64,000 bases of DNA, from contig OY970224.1 of assembly GCA_963714035.1 (NCBI GenBank), forward strand, positions 1,375,688 to 1,439,687, written 5' to 3'. Shown in pieces: positions 38,428 through 46,589 of this stretch. The notes under the pieces were generated by a model. It did no database searches. It had not been told where the DNA came from and worked only from the letters and a program-made list of their open reading frames with translations. The first letter of the stretch is position 1. Each line of letters opens with the position of its first letter. This DNA comes from an uncultured Acidobacteriota bacterium (GTDB lineage Bacteria > Acidobacteriota > Thermoanaerobaculia > UBA5066 > DATFVB01). The position numbers and the translations under genes were made by a program.

Positions 38428-39435
38428 TCAGCGGGGGGGGCCGGGCGCGGCGAGACCGCGGGAGGCGCGGCGCGGCGGCCGCGGCGCGGCGGCTCCCGGA
38501 GATTCCTTCCGGCTCGGATCGTCCCAGAACGGATAGAAGCAGTACCACTGCGTCGGATACCGCCGGACGTAGTCCTCGAGGATCGTCACGAATCGCCCGA
38601 CGTTCGCCCGAAGGTCCGCTTCGTGCTCTCCGCCCCGCGAGATCGGCAGGGCGTCCTCGATGACGATCCGGTACCGGGTTCCCTCGCGGAGGATGAACGA
38701 CGGGAACATCGGAGCGCCGGAAACCATGGCGGCCACGAACGGCCCCCGGGGGAAGTAGGCCGGCCGTCCGAAGAAGTCGACGGCGATCCCGGTGTTGTTG
38801 AAGTCGCGGTCGCACTGGATGCCGAGGATCCCGCCCCGGGCGAGCGCCCGCATGACGGCGACGCCGGAAAAATGAGAATCGCCGACCGGGATCTCTCCGA
38901 CCCCCCAGTGCCGGTGCATCTCGCTCCGGAAGCGCTCGACGATCGGGAACCGGTCGGGCTTCAGGACGACCTGGATCGGGTGATCGAGGCCGCCGAGCAG
39001 CATTCCTCCGAGATACCAGTTGCCCAGATGGGCGGTCGCGAGGAGCACGCCCTTCCCCTGTCGCTCCGCCGCGACGATCTTGTCGTACCCGTCGATTTCC
39101 GCGATCAACCCCTGCGCTTGCGCGAACGGACGCTGCGCGAAGTAGAAGAAATCGATCCAGTGGTACGAATGCTGATCGATCATTTCCCGGGCGGCGGCCT
39201 GGACGCCCGGCGAGTCGGCCGGCTCGCCGAGAATCCGGGAGAAGTTTCCCCGGATCGCCGCGAGGTACTTCGGGCGAAGGGCGAAGAAGCGCCCGACCGT
39301 CTGCCGCGCGATCGTCCCGAGAGCGGCCCGGGAAAGGACCCGGGTCAATGCCCGGAAGAGCGGGAACCAGAGCGCGAAGGACGCGGAATACACCGCGTTC
39401 AGGAGCCGGTTCCGGGTCGCCATCTTGTTCTGCAC
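38428..39435 (-). CDS. Lipid A biosynthesis (LpxL/HtrB/MsbB-like) acyltransferase family protein
   Basis: HLGNWYLGG (HX4D-like acyltransferase region) and overall family pattern (…IQCDRDF…, FFGRPAYFP). Confidence 0.7.
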   Translation of the reverse strand: MQNKMATRNRLLNAVYSASFALWFPLFRALTRVLSRAALGTIARQTVGRFFALRPKYLAAIRGNFSRILGEPADSPGVQAAAREMIDQHSYHWIDFFYFAQRPFAQAQGLIAEIDGYDKIVAAERQGKGVLLATAHLGNWYLGGMLLGGLDHPIQVVLKPDRFPIVERFRSEMHRHWGVGEIPVGDSHFSGVAVMRALARGGILGIQCDRDFNNTGIAVDFFGRPAYFPRGPFVAAMVSGAPMFPSFILREGTRYRIVIEDALPISRGGEHEADLRANVGRFVTILEDYVRRYPTQWYCFYPFWDDPSRKESPGAAAPRPPRRASRGLAAPGPPR

Positions 39436-39437
39436 GG

Positions 39438-40688
39438 CTATTCCACCCGCGACAGCACGCGCGGCCCGCCCTCCGTCACCAGCACGTCGTCCTCGATGCG
39501 GACGCCGATGCCCCGGTAGGCGTCCGGCGCCGCGACCTCGTCCCGGAAGTAGAGCCCGGGCTCGACCGTGAGGACCATTCCGGGCTCGAGCGCGCGCGGC
39601 GCGCCGTCCACGCGCGTGGCGCCCGGATCGTGCACGTCGAGGCCCAGCCAGTGGCTCGTCCGGTGCAGCGTGTAGGGCTTGTGACGCCCCTCCTCGAGCG
39701 CCCCTTTGGCCGGCCCGCCGAGGACTCCGATCGCGACGAGCCCCTCCGCGAGGACGCGCTGCGCGGCGTCATGGACGTCGTCGAACGTCGCGCCCGGGAC
39801 GCACCGCTCGATCGCCGCCGCCTGCGCCTCGCCGACGATGTCGAGGACCGCCCGCGGCGGGCCGGTCGGAGGGCCGGAGGCGAAGTGCGTGCGGGTCACG
39901 TCGGCGCAATAGCCTTCGAGCTCGGCGCCCGCGTCGACGAGCACCAGATCGCCGGGCGCGATCCTCGCGTCGTTGCGGACGTAGTGCAGGGTCGTCGCGT
40001 TTCGTCCGGAGCCGACGATCGAAGGATAGGCCGGTCCGTCCGCCCCGCGACGGCGGAATTCGTACTCGACCGCCGCCTCGACCTCCCATTCCCCGGCCCC
40101 GGGACGCACCGCTTCGGCGGCCCGCGCGTGCGCGGCGGCGGTGATCGCGGCGGCGCTCTCGAGCGCGCGGATCTCGCTCTCCTCCTTCCGGAGGCGCATC
40201 TCCGCGAGGACCGCCGAGGGATCGACGACCTCCGGATTCGGCCCGCGCTTCCTCCGATCCGGCAGCCTCGCCCACCAGGCGTCCAGCCGGAGATCGCGGC
40301 CCACCGGCATCGCGATCCGTTCCGCGCCCGCGAGCGTGTCGGAGAGGAAATCGTCGAGGCGATCGAGGGGCCACGCCGTCGCGCCGTACGCCTTCGCTCC
40401 TTCGACTCCCGCCCGGTCTCCTTCCCACGCCTCGCGCTCGGGGTCGCGCGGCAGGACGAACAGGTGGAATCGCGAACCCTCGAAAACCGCGACGGCGTCG
40501 GGCTCCGGGAAACCGGTCAGGTAGCGGAAATCGGAGTCCTGCCGGAACCGGTGCGTCGTGTCGCGCGATCGATAGGAGATGCGCGCGGCGGGAACGACGG
40601 CGGGCGTCCCCGCGAGGCGTTCGGCGAATCGTGCGCGGCGCGCCGCGTGGTCGTGAATCGTCGGTGCCACGAGCCGGCCATCATACAA
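39438..40688 (-). CDS. pepP: Xaa-Pro aminopeptidase (M24B, cytoplasmic PepP-like)
   Basis: YPSIVGSGRNATTLHY, DAGAELEGYCADVTR, HRTSHWLGLDVHDPG, EPGLYF, IRIEDDVLV. Confidence 0.85.
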   Translation of the reverse strand: MYDGRLVAPTIHDHAARRARFAERLAGTPAVVPAARISYRSRDTTHRFRQDSDFRYLTGFPEPDAVAVFEGSRFHLFVLPRDPEREAWEGDRAGVEGAKAYGATAWPLDRLDDFLSDTLAGAERIAMPVGRDLRLDAWWARLPDRRKRGPNPEVVDPSAVLAEMRLRKEESEIRALESAAAITAAAHARAAEAVRPGAGEWEVEAAVEYEFRRRGADGPAYPSIVGSGRNATTLHYVRNDARIAPGDLVLVDAGAELEGYCADVTRTHFASGPPTGPPRAVLDIVGEAQAAAIERCVPGATFDDVHDAAQRVLAEGLVAIGVLGGPAKGALEEGRHKPYTLHRTSHWLGLDVHDPGATRVDGAPRALEPGMVLTVEPGLYFRDEVAAPDAYRGIGVRIEDDVLVTEGGPRVLSRVE

Positions 40689-40695
40689 TCCGCGC

Positions 40696-41910
40696 GTGCG
40701 TCTCGATCAGCGGGTCGCCCGCGAGCATGCGCTCTCGCGGCGGAAAGCGCGCGACTACGTCGAAACGGGGCGCGTCGACGTGGACGGCGCCGTCTGCCGG
40801 GAGCCCGGACAGGCCGTCGGCGACGGCTCGCGGGTCGTGCTGGACGTGAACCGGCCCGCGGTGGGCAACGTCCGGACGAAACTCCTCGTCCTCCTCGAGG
40901 ATCCTTCGCTCATCGTCGTGGAGAAGCCCGCGGGCCTCCTCACCCTCGCCACCGACGCGCGCGAGAAGGACACCCTCCTCTCGCGCGTCAACGCTTACCT
41001 GCAGCACCGCTACCGCCGCCGGCCGTACGTCGGCGTCGTCCACCGGCTCGACAAGGAGACCTCCGGGGCGATCGTGTTCGCCCGCTCCCGCGAGATGCTC
41101 CGCGCGCTCCAGGAGCTCTTTCGCCGGCACGACATCGAGCGGGAGTACGTCGCGATCGTGGAAGGATCGCCCGGCCCGGATTCCGGGACGATCGGCCTCG
41201 ACCTCGTCCGCGATGCGGGCGACCGCCGGCGGGGAACGGCGCGGCGCGGGGAAGAGGGACGGCGCGCCGTCACGCACTGGCGCGTCCTGCGCCGGATGCC
41301 TTCGACGACGCTCGTCGCGCTCCGGCTCGAGACCGGACGGACGCACCAGATCCGCGTGCACCTCGCCGCCGTCGGCCACCCGGTCGTCGGGGATTCCGTG
41401 TACCGACCGCGGCATTTCGAGGGACCTCCCCTCGACGCCCCCCGGCAGATGCTTCACGCGCGCACGCTGGGGTTCCGACACCCCGACACGGGAGAACGCG
41501 TGCTCGCCTCGAGCGAGATCCCGGCGGACTTCCGCGAACGGCTCGAGGCGCTCGCCCGGGCGACGCCGCCGGCGATGCAAGGCGGTCGGGGGCGCAACCG
41601 AGCGGGGACCGGCCGCAAGCCGGCCGCGTCGACCGAACGGACCGAGCGGCGTCGCGGCCCGGTGCGCCCGCCGCGCGCTTCCATGGCACAATCGGAGACG
41701 GAGGTAGCTCATGCCGGAATCGACCACCGTGGCGGCTCCCGAAAACGCTCGCCGGGCCAGAAAACGCACGGCGCCCCGCAAAAAGGCGGCGCCTCGAAAG
41801 AAAACCGCTTCCCGCCGAAAAAGCGCGTCCGGCCTCCCGGCGCTCCTGGATCGACTGTCCGCCCAGGCCTCCCGGGCCGGGGCGGCGATCGCCGCCGGCG
41901 CCGCCGGTAG
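40696..41910 (+). CDS. RluA-family 23S rRNA pseudouridine synthase (RluD-like with N-terminal S4 domain). 3' end uncertain: the last ~100 codons are low-complexity and overlap the next gene
   Basis: S4 domain (RLDQRVA...), catalytic motif HRLDKETSGAIVFA, ...YVAIV..., HQIRVHLA. No in-frame stop until 41910. Confidence 0.7.
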   Translation: MRLDQRVAREHALSRRKARDYVETGRVDVDGAVCREPGQAVGDGSRVVLDVNRPAVGNVRTKLLVLLEDPSLIVVEKPAGLLTLATDAREKDTLLSRVNAYLQHRYRRRPYVGVVHRLDKETSGAIVFARSREMLRALQELFRRHDIEREYVAIVEGSPGPDSGTIGLDLVRDAGDRRRGTARRGEEGRRAVTHWRVLRRMPSTTLVALRLETGRTHQIRVHLAAVGHPVVGDSVYRPRHFEGPPLDAPRQMLHARTLGFRHPDTGERVLASSEIPADFRERLEALARATPPAMQGGRGRNRAGTGRKPAASTERTERRRGPVRPPRASMAQSETEVAHAGIDHRGGSRKRSPGQKTHGAPQKGGASKENRFPPKKRVRPPGAPGSTVRPGLPGRGGDRRRRRR

Positions 41911-42091
41911 CCGGGACTCGGCCAAAGCGGCCCTCGTCCGGGCCCGGGGGGCTTCGCGCGGAGCGGTCCGGGCGTCGGTCCAGGAGTGGAAGAAGCTCGA
42001 CACCTCGCGGAGAGTGGAGTTCGTCGCGGCGCTCCTCGCGGCGCTCGCCGCGGCTTCGGGATCGGTCGCCGCCGCGCGGAAGAGAAAGTAG
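41711..42091 (+). CDS. Small basic Lys/Ala-rich protein (histone H1-like / AKP-repeat N-terminus)
   Basis: Strong RBS GGAGACGGAGG before ATG 41711. High third-position GC. N-terminal RKRTAPRKKAAPRKKTASRRK followed by an Ala-rich helical region. Confidence 0.5.
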   Translation: MPESTTVAAPENARRARKRTAPRKKAAPRKKTASRRKSASGLPALLDRLSAQASRAGAAIAAGAAGSRDSAKAALVRARGASRGAVRASVQEWKKLDTSRRVEFVAALLAALAAASGSVAAARKRK

Positions 42092-42228
42092 GACGCGCGC
42101 CGCGGCGCCGTCACGAGTCCGGCAGTCGAAAGTCCAAAGTCGGTTTCCGAACGGTGACCCGGGACTCTCGACTTTCGACTCGGAACTGAGCGACTCGCGA
42201 ACCACTCGTCACTCGTCCCTGAGGAACT

Positions 42229-42268
42229 CGCAACGGCTCGTGGCGTCCGCGCCCTAATGCGCGGACGC
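42229..42268. other. Perfect 17-bp inverted repeat (gctcgtggcgtccgcgc / gcgcggacgccacgagc) with 6-nt loop cctaat; the loop contains the TAG stop of the TlpA-like gene
   Basis: Direct reading of 42229-42268. Possible bidirectional terminator or protein-binding palindrome; no clean U-run. Confidence 0.4.
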
Positions 42269-42730
42269 CACGAGCTTCAGAAACTGTTCGGTCGTCCGGC
42301 GGCCGGCCGCGCTCGCGACCGGCTTTCCGTCCCTGCCGTACACGATGGTGTGCGGAAGCTCCCCCTCCCATTTCGGGTCCACGGCATCGATGAACCGCTG
42401 CGGGTCCTCGGATGACTCGATGAAGCAGCGGAACGGGTTCCCGATGCCGTCGAGCACGGCGGGAACGACCGAATCCTTGAACTTGAGCGAATCGGCGGAA
42501 ACGAGCAAGACGTCGAAGGAGCCCTTCCCTTCCCGCCACGCGCGAGCGAGCGAAGGCAGCTCTTCCCGGCAGGGTTCGCACCAGGTCGCCCAGAAGTTGA
42601 CGACGAGGGGCTTTCCGCGATGCGGGGCGACGACGTCGGAAAAGTAGCGTTCCGGGGTGACCGCGGCGATCGCGCGCCGGGGGGGCGCCGGAGCCGCCGC
42701 GGCCCCGGCGAGCAGGAGCGCGGCGATCAT
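42254..42730 (-). CDS. TlpA/ResA-like thiol:disulfide oxidoreductase (thioredoxin fold, CxxC)
   Basis: VVNFWATWCEPCREELP active site; N-terminal signal/anchor. Confidence 0.8.
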   Translation of the reverse strand: MIAALLLAGAAAAPAPPRRAIAAVTPERYFSDVVAPHRGKPLVVNFWATWCEPCREELPSLARAWREGKGSFDVLLVSADSLKFKDSVVPAVLDGIGNPFRCFIESSEDPQRFIDAVDPKWEGELPHTIVYGRDGKPVASAAGRRTTEQFLKLVASAH

Positions 42731-43314
42731 CCGCGCTTGATGCTGCAGCCGAAGGCCTTCGTCGCGGCGACCGGGACCGGACGGCCGGCCAGCAGCGCGT
42801 CGAGCGCGTTCCGAAGGTCGGGCGACCGCACCGCCGCCGGATCGTCCCGGTTCTCGTCGATCCGGCCGTGGTAACGAACCATGCCATCGCGACCGACGAC
42901 GAAGATCTCGGGAGTGTGCTCGGCGCCGTAGGCGTCCGCCGTTCGGCTCCCCTGGTCCTTCACGATCGGGAACGTGAATCCGTGTTCCTTCGCGTGCGAG
43001 GCGATCTCGGAAACCGGCTCGTTGACGTTGCTGTTCACGCCGATGAAGCGGACCCCCCTCGAGCCATATTCTTTCTCCAGCGCCTGCATCCGCTCGTCGT
43101 AGGCGTTCGACACGGGACAGCGCGTCGAGATGAACATCACGACGGTCGCGGCGTGCGCCTGCCGTTCGCCCGCGAGCGACATCGACCCGGAGCCGCTCGC
43201 CAGCGGAAGCGAGAATTCCGGCGCCCGGTCGCCGGGCTTGAGAGCCGCCGATCCGAGAACCGGAAGTCCGAAGATCAGGGCGGCGGCGAGGACGTTCGTG
43301 ACGGTTCGTTTCAT
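42727..43314 (-). CDS. Secreted thioredoxin-fold redoxin family protein (CxxS-type motif TRCPVS)
   Basis: Signal peptide MKRTVTNVLAAALIFGLPVLGSAA; redoxin pattern VVMFISTRCPVSNAY...IGVNSN...PIVKDQ...TPEIFVVGRDG. Start chosen at ATG 43314; ORF table begins 43374. Confidence 0.7.
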   Translation of the reverse strand: MKRTVTNVLAAALIFGLPVLGSAALKPGDRAPEFSLPLASGSGSMSLAGERQAHAATVVMFISTRCPVSNAYDERMQALEKEYGSRGVRFIGVNSNVNEPVSEIASHAKEHGFTFPIVKDQGSRTADAYGAEHTPEIFVVGRDGMVRYHGRIDENRDDPAAVRSPDLRNALDALLAGRPVPVAATKAFGCSIKRG

Positions 43315-43487
43315 GACTTCCTCCGAAATGCTAACAACGCCGCCGATGGGCGGGGAATTCCTTGGAGCGGCCACACATGAACGCAGCCGGAACGGAACCT
43401 AACGAGCCAACCCGCTCCGAGGATGTCGGCAATCGCCGTCTGGAGTGGATGCCGGCCGGCCGTTGGAAGCTGCCCGGGAATGGCCCC

Positions 43488-43612
43488 CGTCGAGCGCCGG
43501 AGCGGTCGAGCCGAGAAGGCGAGCCGCGAAGGTCAGATCGCGGAAAGTCTCGCCGAAGTAATCGAGGCGAGGAGGTCCGCGATCTGGGAGGCCGCAGCGT
43601 TCCAGTCGCGGT
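43488..43612. repeat. Structured REP-like repeat, family A, diverged copy 4 (compensatory changes in both helices), embedded in the 3' end of the deiodinase-like ORF
   Basis: Outer helix cagatcgcgga/tccgcgatctg and inner helix ctcgcc/ggcgag replace caccgcgcgat/atcgcgcggtg and ctccgc/gcggag of copies 1-3. Flanks (gagcggtcgagccgagaaggcgagccgcgaagg ... ggaggccgcagcgttccag) align with copy 3. Confidence 0.75.
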
Positions 43613-44270
43613 GCGACGCGCGCGATGCCGACGGAAACCGTCTGGCGAGCCAGGCCTCGAGCTCCTCGGGATGGAAGCCGAACGGCCCGGTTTTCCCCTT
43701 GTACGCGACGCGTCCGTTCTCGTCGACGACGTAAATCCGCTCGGGCCACCCGGCGTAGAGCGCGTCGGCCCGGTTGTCCATCGCGTCGACGGCGAGCGGA
43801 ATCCGAAAATGGAACCTTTTCGTGAAATCCGCCGCGATCGCGATCCGCTGCCCGAGCGTGTGCGGCTGCGGATAGCAGATCCCCTGGTCGTCGTTGGCCT
43901 TCATCTTCCACTCGTCGATGGGATGGGCCTCGCGGATGTAGACCGTCAGGAATTCGACGCGGCCGCGGTAGCGATCGTAGATGTCCTCGAGCCGCGCGAC
44001 CGAGCGGCGAAACGGCGGTCAGGTGAAGCTTCCGAACACGAGGACGAGCGGCCGCGCCCCGATCCGTTCGGCGAGACGCGTCGTGCCCGCCCCGGCGACG
44101 GCGTGCAGCACGACGTCGGGCGCCGGGCTTCCGACGCGCAGCGCCCCTTCGCGGCGGGTGTCGTACCGGAGCATGCCGATGATGTTGGACGGCCCGATCT
44201 TCGCCACGACGAAGGCGGCGAGGCCGACGACGACCGCGGCGACGAGCAGGAGCACGCGGCGAAGCGTCAT
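43533..44270 (-). CDS. Putative selenoprotein: iodothyronine deiodinase-like thioredoxin-fold protein with in-frame TGA (Sec) at 44019-44021
   Basis: ATG 44268-44270, N-terminal TM anchor (LLLVAAVVVGLAAFVVA), then ...RPLVLVFGSFT-TGA-PPFRRSV..., in the same frame continuing YIREAHPIDEWK...VVDENGRVAYKG. FGSxT(U/C)PPF and YI.EAHP.DGW-like motifs are the deiodinase signature as recalled. Listed ORFs 44019..44948 (3' part) and 43533..43904 are the two halves. The C-terminal ~25 codons derive from repeat A copy 4. Confidence 0.55.
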
Positions 44271-44400
44271 GGCGGGAAGTATTCTACTCTCCGTCCTTCC
44301 GTCGGGCGACCCTTCCGGATCTTCGTGGCAGCGGGCTTGCTGCGTTTTCCCCGGGGCGGAGCAGCGTCGCTCCGTCCGAATCCGCCAGAGGGGGTATTTC

Positions 44401-44985
44401 ATGGCGAACAGAATCGACGGAATGCGGGTCGCGATCCTCGCGACCGAGGGGTTCGAGCAGTCGGAGCTCCTCGAGCCGAAGAAGGCCCTCGAAACCGAGG
44501 GCGCGAGAGCGGAAGTCGTGTCGCCGAAAGACGGCGAGATCCGTGGCTGGGCAAAGGACGACTGGGGAAAGAAGGTGAACGTGGACGTCCTTCTCGAAGA
44601 GGCGGACCCTTCCTCGTACGACGCGCTCGTCCTGCCGGGCGGGGTCATGAACCCGGACCGGCTCCGCATGAACCCGCGCGCCGTCGCGTTCGTGAAGAGC
44701 TTCGTCGACGCCGGAAAGCCGATCGCGGCGATCTGCCACGGTCCCTGGACGCTGATCGAAGCCGGAGGCGTGCGCGGACGGCGGATGACGTCGTGGCCTT
44801 CGCTCCAGAGCGATCTGCGAAACGCGGGCGCCCGATGGACCGACGAGGAAGTGGTCGTCGACAACGGAGTCGTGACGAGCCGGAAGCCGGCCGACCTCCC
44901 GGCGTTCAACCGGAAGATGATCGAAGAGTTCGGAGAGAGACGACACACGCGCGCCGGCGCGGCGCCGGTCTCGACCCGGGCATAG
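44401..44985 (+). CDS. DJ-1/PfpI family protein (general stress protein 18-like)
   Basis: MRVAILATEGFEQSEL..., nucleophile elbow AAICHGPWTL, ...VVVDNGVVTSRKP. Confidence 0.85.
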   Translation: MANRIDGMRVAILATEGFEQSELLEPKKALETEGARAEVVSPKDGEIRGWAKDDWGKKVNVDVLLEEADPSSYDALVLPGGVMNPDRLRMNPRAVAFVKSFVDAGKPIAAICHGPWTLIEAGGVRGRRMTSWPSLQSDLRNAGARWTDEEVVVDNGVVTSRKPADLPAFNRKMIEEFGERRHTRAGAAPVSTRA

Positions 44986-45019
44986 GTCTTGCTCTTTCCA
45001 CGGTGGAGAGGGGGTTCCC

Positions 45020-45172
45020 ATGCTGCTGACCATCGCCATCATCCTGTTCATCGCCTGGGTCCTGGGGTTCTTCGCGTTTCACGTCACCGCCGGCTTCATC
45101 CATATCCTGATCGTGCTCGCGGTGATCTCGTTCGTCGTGCATCTCTTCACCGGCCGCCGATCCGTGGTCTGA
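45020..45172 (+). CDS. Small hydrophobic membrane protein (50 aa; lmo0937-like two-helix peptide)
   Basis: ATG 45020 after GAGAGGGGG; translation MLLTIAIILFIAWVLGFFAFHVTAGFIHILIVLAVISFVVHLFTGRRSVV. Below the ORF-track length cutoff. Confidence 0.45.
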   Translation: MLLTIAIILFIAWVLGFFAFHVTAGFIHILIVLAVISFVVHLFTGRRSVV

Positions 45173-45567
45173 ACGGGCGCCCGTGATCGCCACCGGGAGG
45201 CCGCTTCGGCGGCCTCCCTTTTTCACGTCGGCCTCGCGCTCGCCGCTCCGCGGCTGGAACGCTACGGCCTCCCGGATCGCGGACCTCCGGAGCAATGAAA
45301 CCGTCGCGGCTCGCCGAACGAGCGACTCGACCGCGCCACCGCCAGCCCCTTCGCCGACGCTCCCGCTCCCGCAACGCGGAGCTTTCGCCGATAAGCCCGA
45401 AATCCGCCGCACCGTTTGATCCACATCAGCGTATTCGCCTTGAACCGAGAGTGCGGGCATTCGAGCAGATCAGTCGAGACGCCTCAGCGCGGGCTCTTCG
45501 GTCTCGCCAACGATCACACTGACCTGAAGAAGCCAGCTATTTGGCTCGGGCCGAGCGGGCGGGACTT

Positions 45568-46560
45568 TCACAACAAAGACATCGAAGACCGGCTTTCGGT
45601 CTCGACCTGTTTCATCGTGCACTGCTTCGCCGCCTTGTCCGGCCGCCAGCGAAGGAGCTTCGTCCCGTGGCGGAACCGGCCGCCCGTGAACGCGTCGTAC
45701 CGCACCTCGACGACGAGCTTCGGCTTCAGGGGCTTCCAGTCCGCGCTCCGCTCCGTGCTCCACCGGCTCGGCCCCCCCGGGGCGCGGCCCGTGAACCCGG
45801 GAGCGGCAACGAGCTTCTCGAGAGCCTTCGTGAGGGCGCTCCGGTCCCCTTTCAGTCCCGAGGTGAACCCGACGTGATGGAGCTTTCCGTCGTCGCCGTA
45901 CAGCCCGAGAAGGAGCGAGCCGACCTCTTTTCCTTTCGAGGCGTACCGGAACCCTCCGACGACGCAGTCCGCGGTCCGCAGGCTCTTGATCTTCTGCATT
46001 CCGCTCCGCTCTCCCGACCGGTAGGCGACGTCGACCGCCTTCGCGACGACGCCGTCGAGGCCTCCGCCGACCATCCGGAACCATTCCTTCGCGCGCCCGG
46101 CGTCCCGCGTGGACGGCGAGAGAAAGATCCGATCCTTCCGCCGGAAATGCTTCTTCGCGAAGGCTTCGAGCTTCCTTCGCCGATCCTCGAGAGGACGGTC
46201 GACGAGAGCGCGGCCGTCCTCCCCGACGAGGAGATCGAACGCGATCAGGGCCGCGGGAGTCTCCTTCGCGAGCCGCCGGATCCGGCTTTCGGCCGGATGG
46301 ATGCGAAGGAGCAGATCGTCGAAGGACAGGCCGCCGCCGGCCGGGATCACGATCTCGCCGTCGAGGACGAATCTCGCGGCGCGAATCCCGAGGAGCGAAG
46401 CGGTCACCTCCGGAAAATACCGGCCGAGCGGCTGCCCGCTCTTCGACTGCAGATCGACTTTCTTCCCGTCGCGAAAAACGAGGCATCGGAAACCGTCCCA
46501 TTTCGGCTCGTACTGCCACTCTTCCCCCTCCGGGATGCGGTCGACCAGAAGGGCTTCCAT
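45568..46560 (-). CDS. ATP-dependent DNA ligase (stand-alone LigD-type ligase domain, NHEJ)
   Basis: Adenylation motif I KWDGFR, nucleotidyltransferase and OB-fold pattern (EGIVAK-like DGVVAK, ...WRPDKA). ATG 46558-46560; the rest of the listed 598-aa ORF upstream is out of frame with the real gene. Confidence 0.85.
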   Translation of the reverse strand: MEALLVDRIPEGEEWQYEPKWDGFRCLVFRDGKKVDLQSKSGQPLGRYFPEVTASLLGIRAARFVLDGEIVIPAGGGLSFDDLLLRIHPAESRIRRLAKETPAALIAFDLLVGEDGRALVDRPLEDRRRKLEAFAKKHFRRKDRIFLSPSTRDAGRAKEWFRMVGGGLDGVVAKAVDVAYRSGERSGMQKIKSLRTADCVVGGFRYASKGKEVGSLLLGLYGDDGKLHHVGFTSGLKGDRSALTKALEKLVAAPGFTGRAPGGPSRWSTERSADWKPLKPKLVVEVRYDAFTGGRFRHGTKLLRWRPDKAAKQCTMKQVETESRSSMSLL

Positions 46561-46589
46561 CGGCGGATACGGGGGGCGGATCGGAAGCG

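Noticed and set aside
43399-43911. 170-aa minus-strand ORF overlapping the selenoprotein candidate
   Set aside because: Alternative frame with R/G/A-rich low-complexity product. The deiodinase-like frame has clear family motifs.
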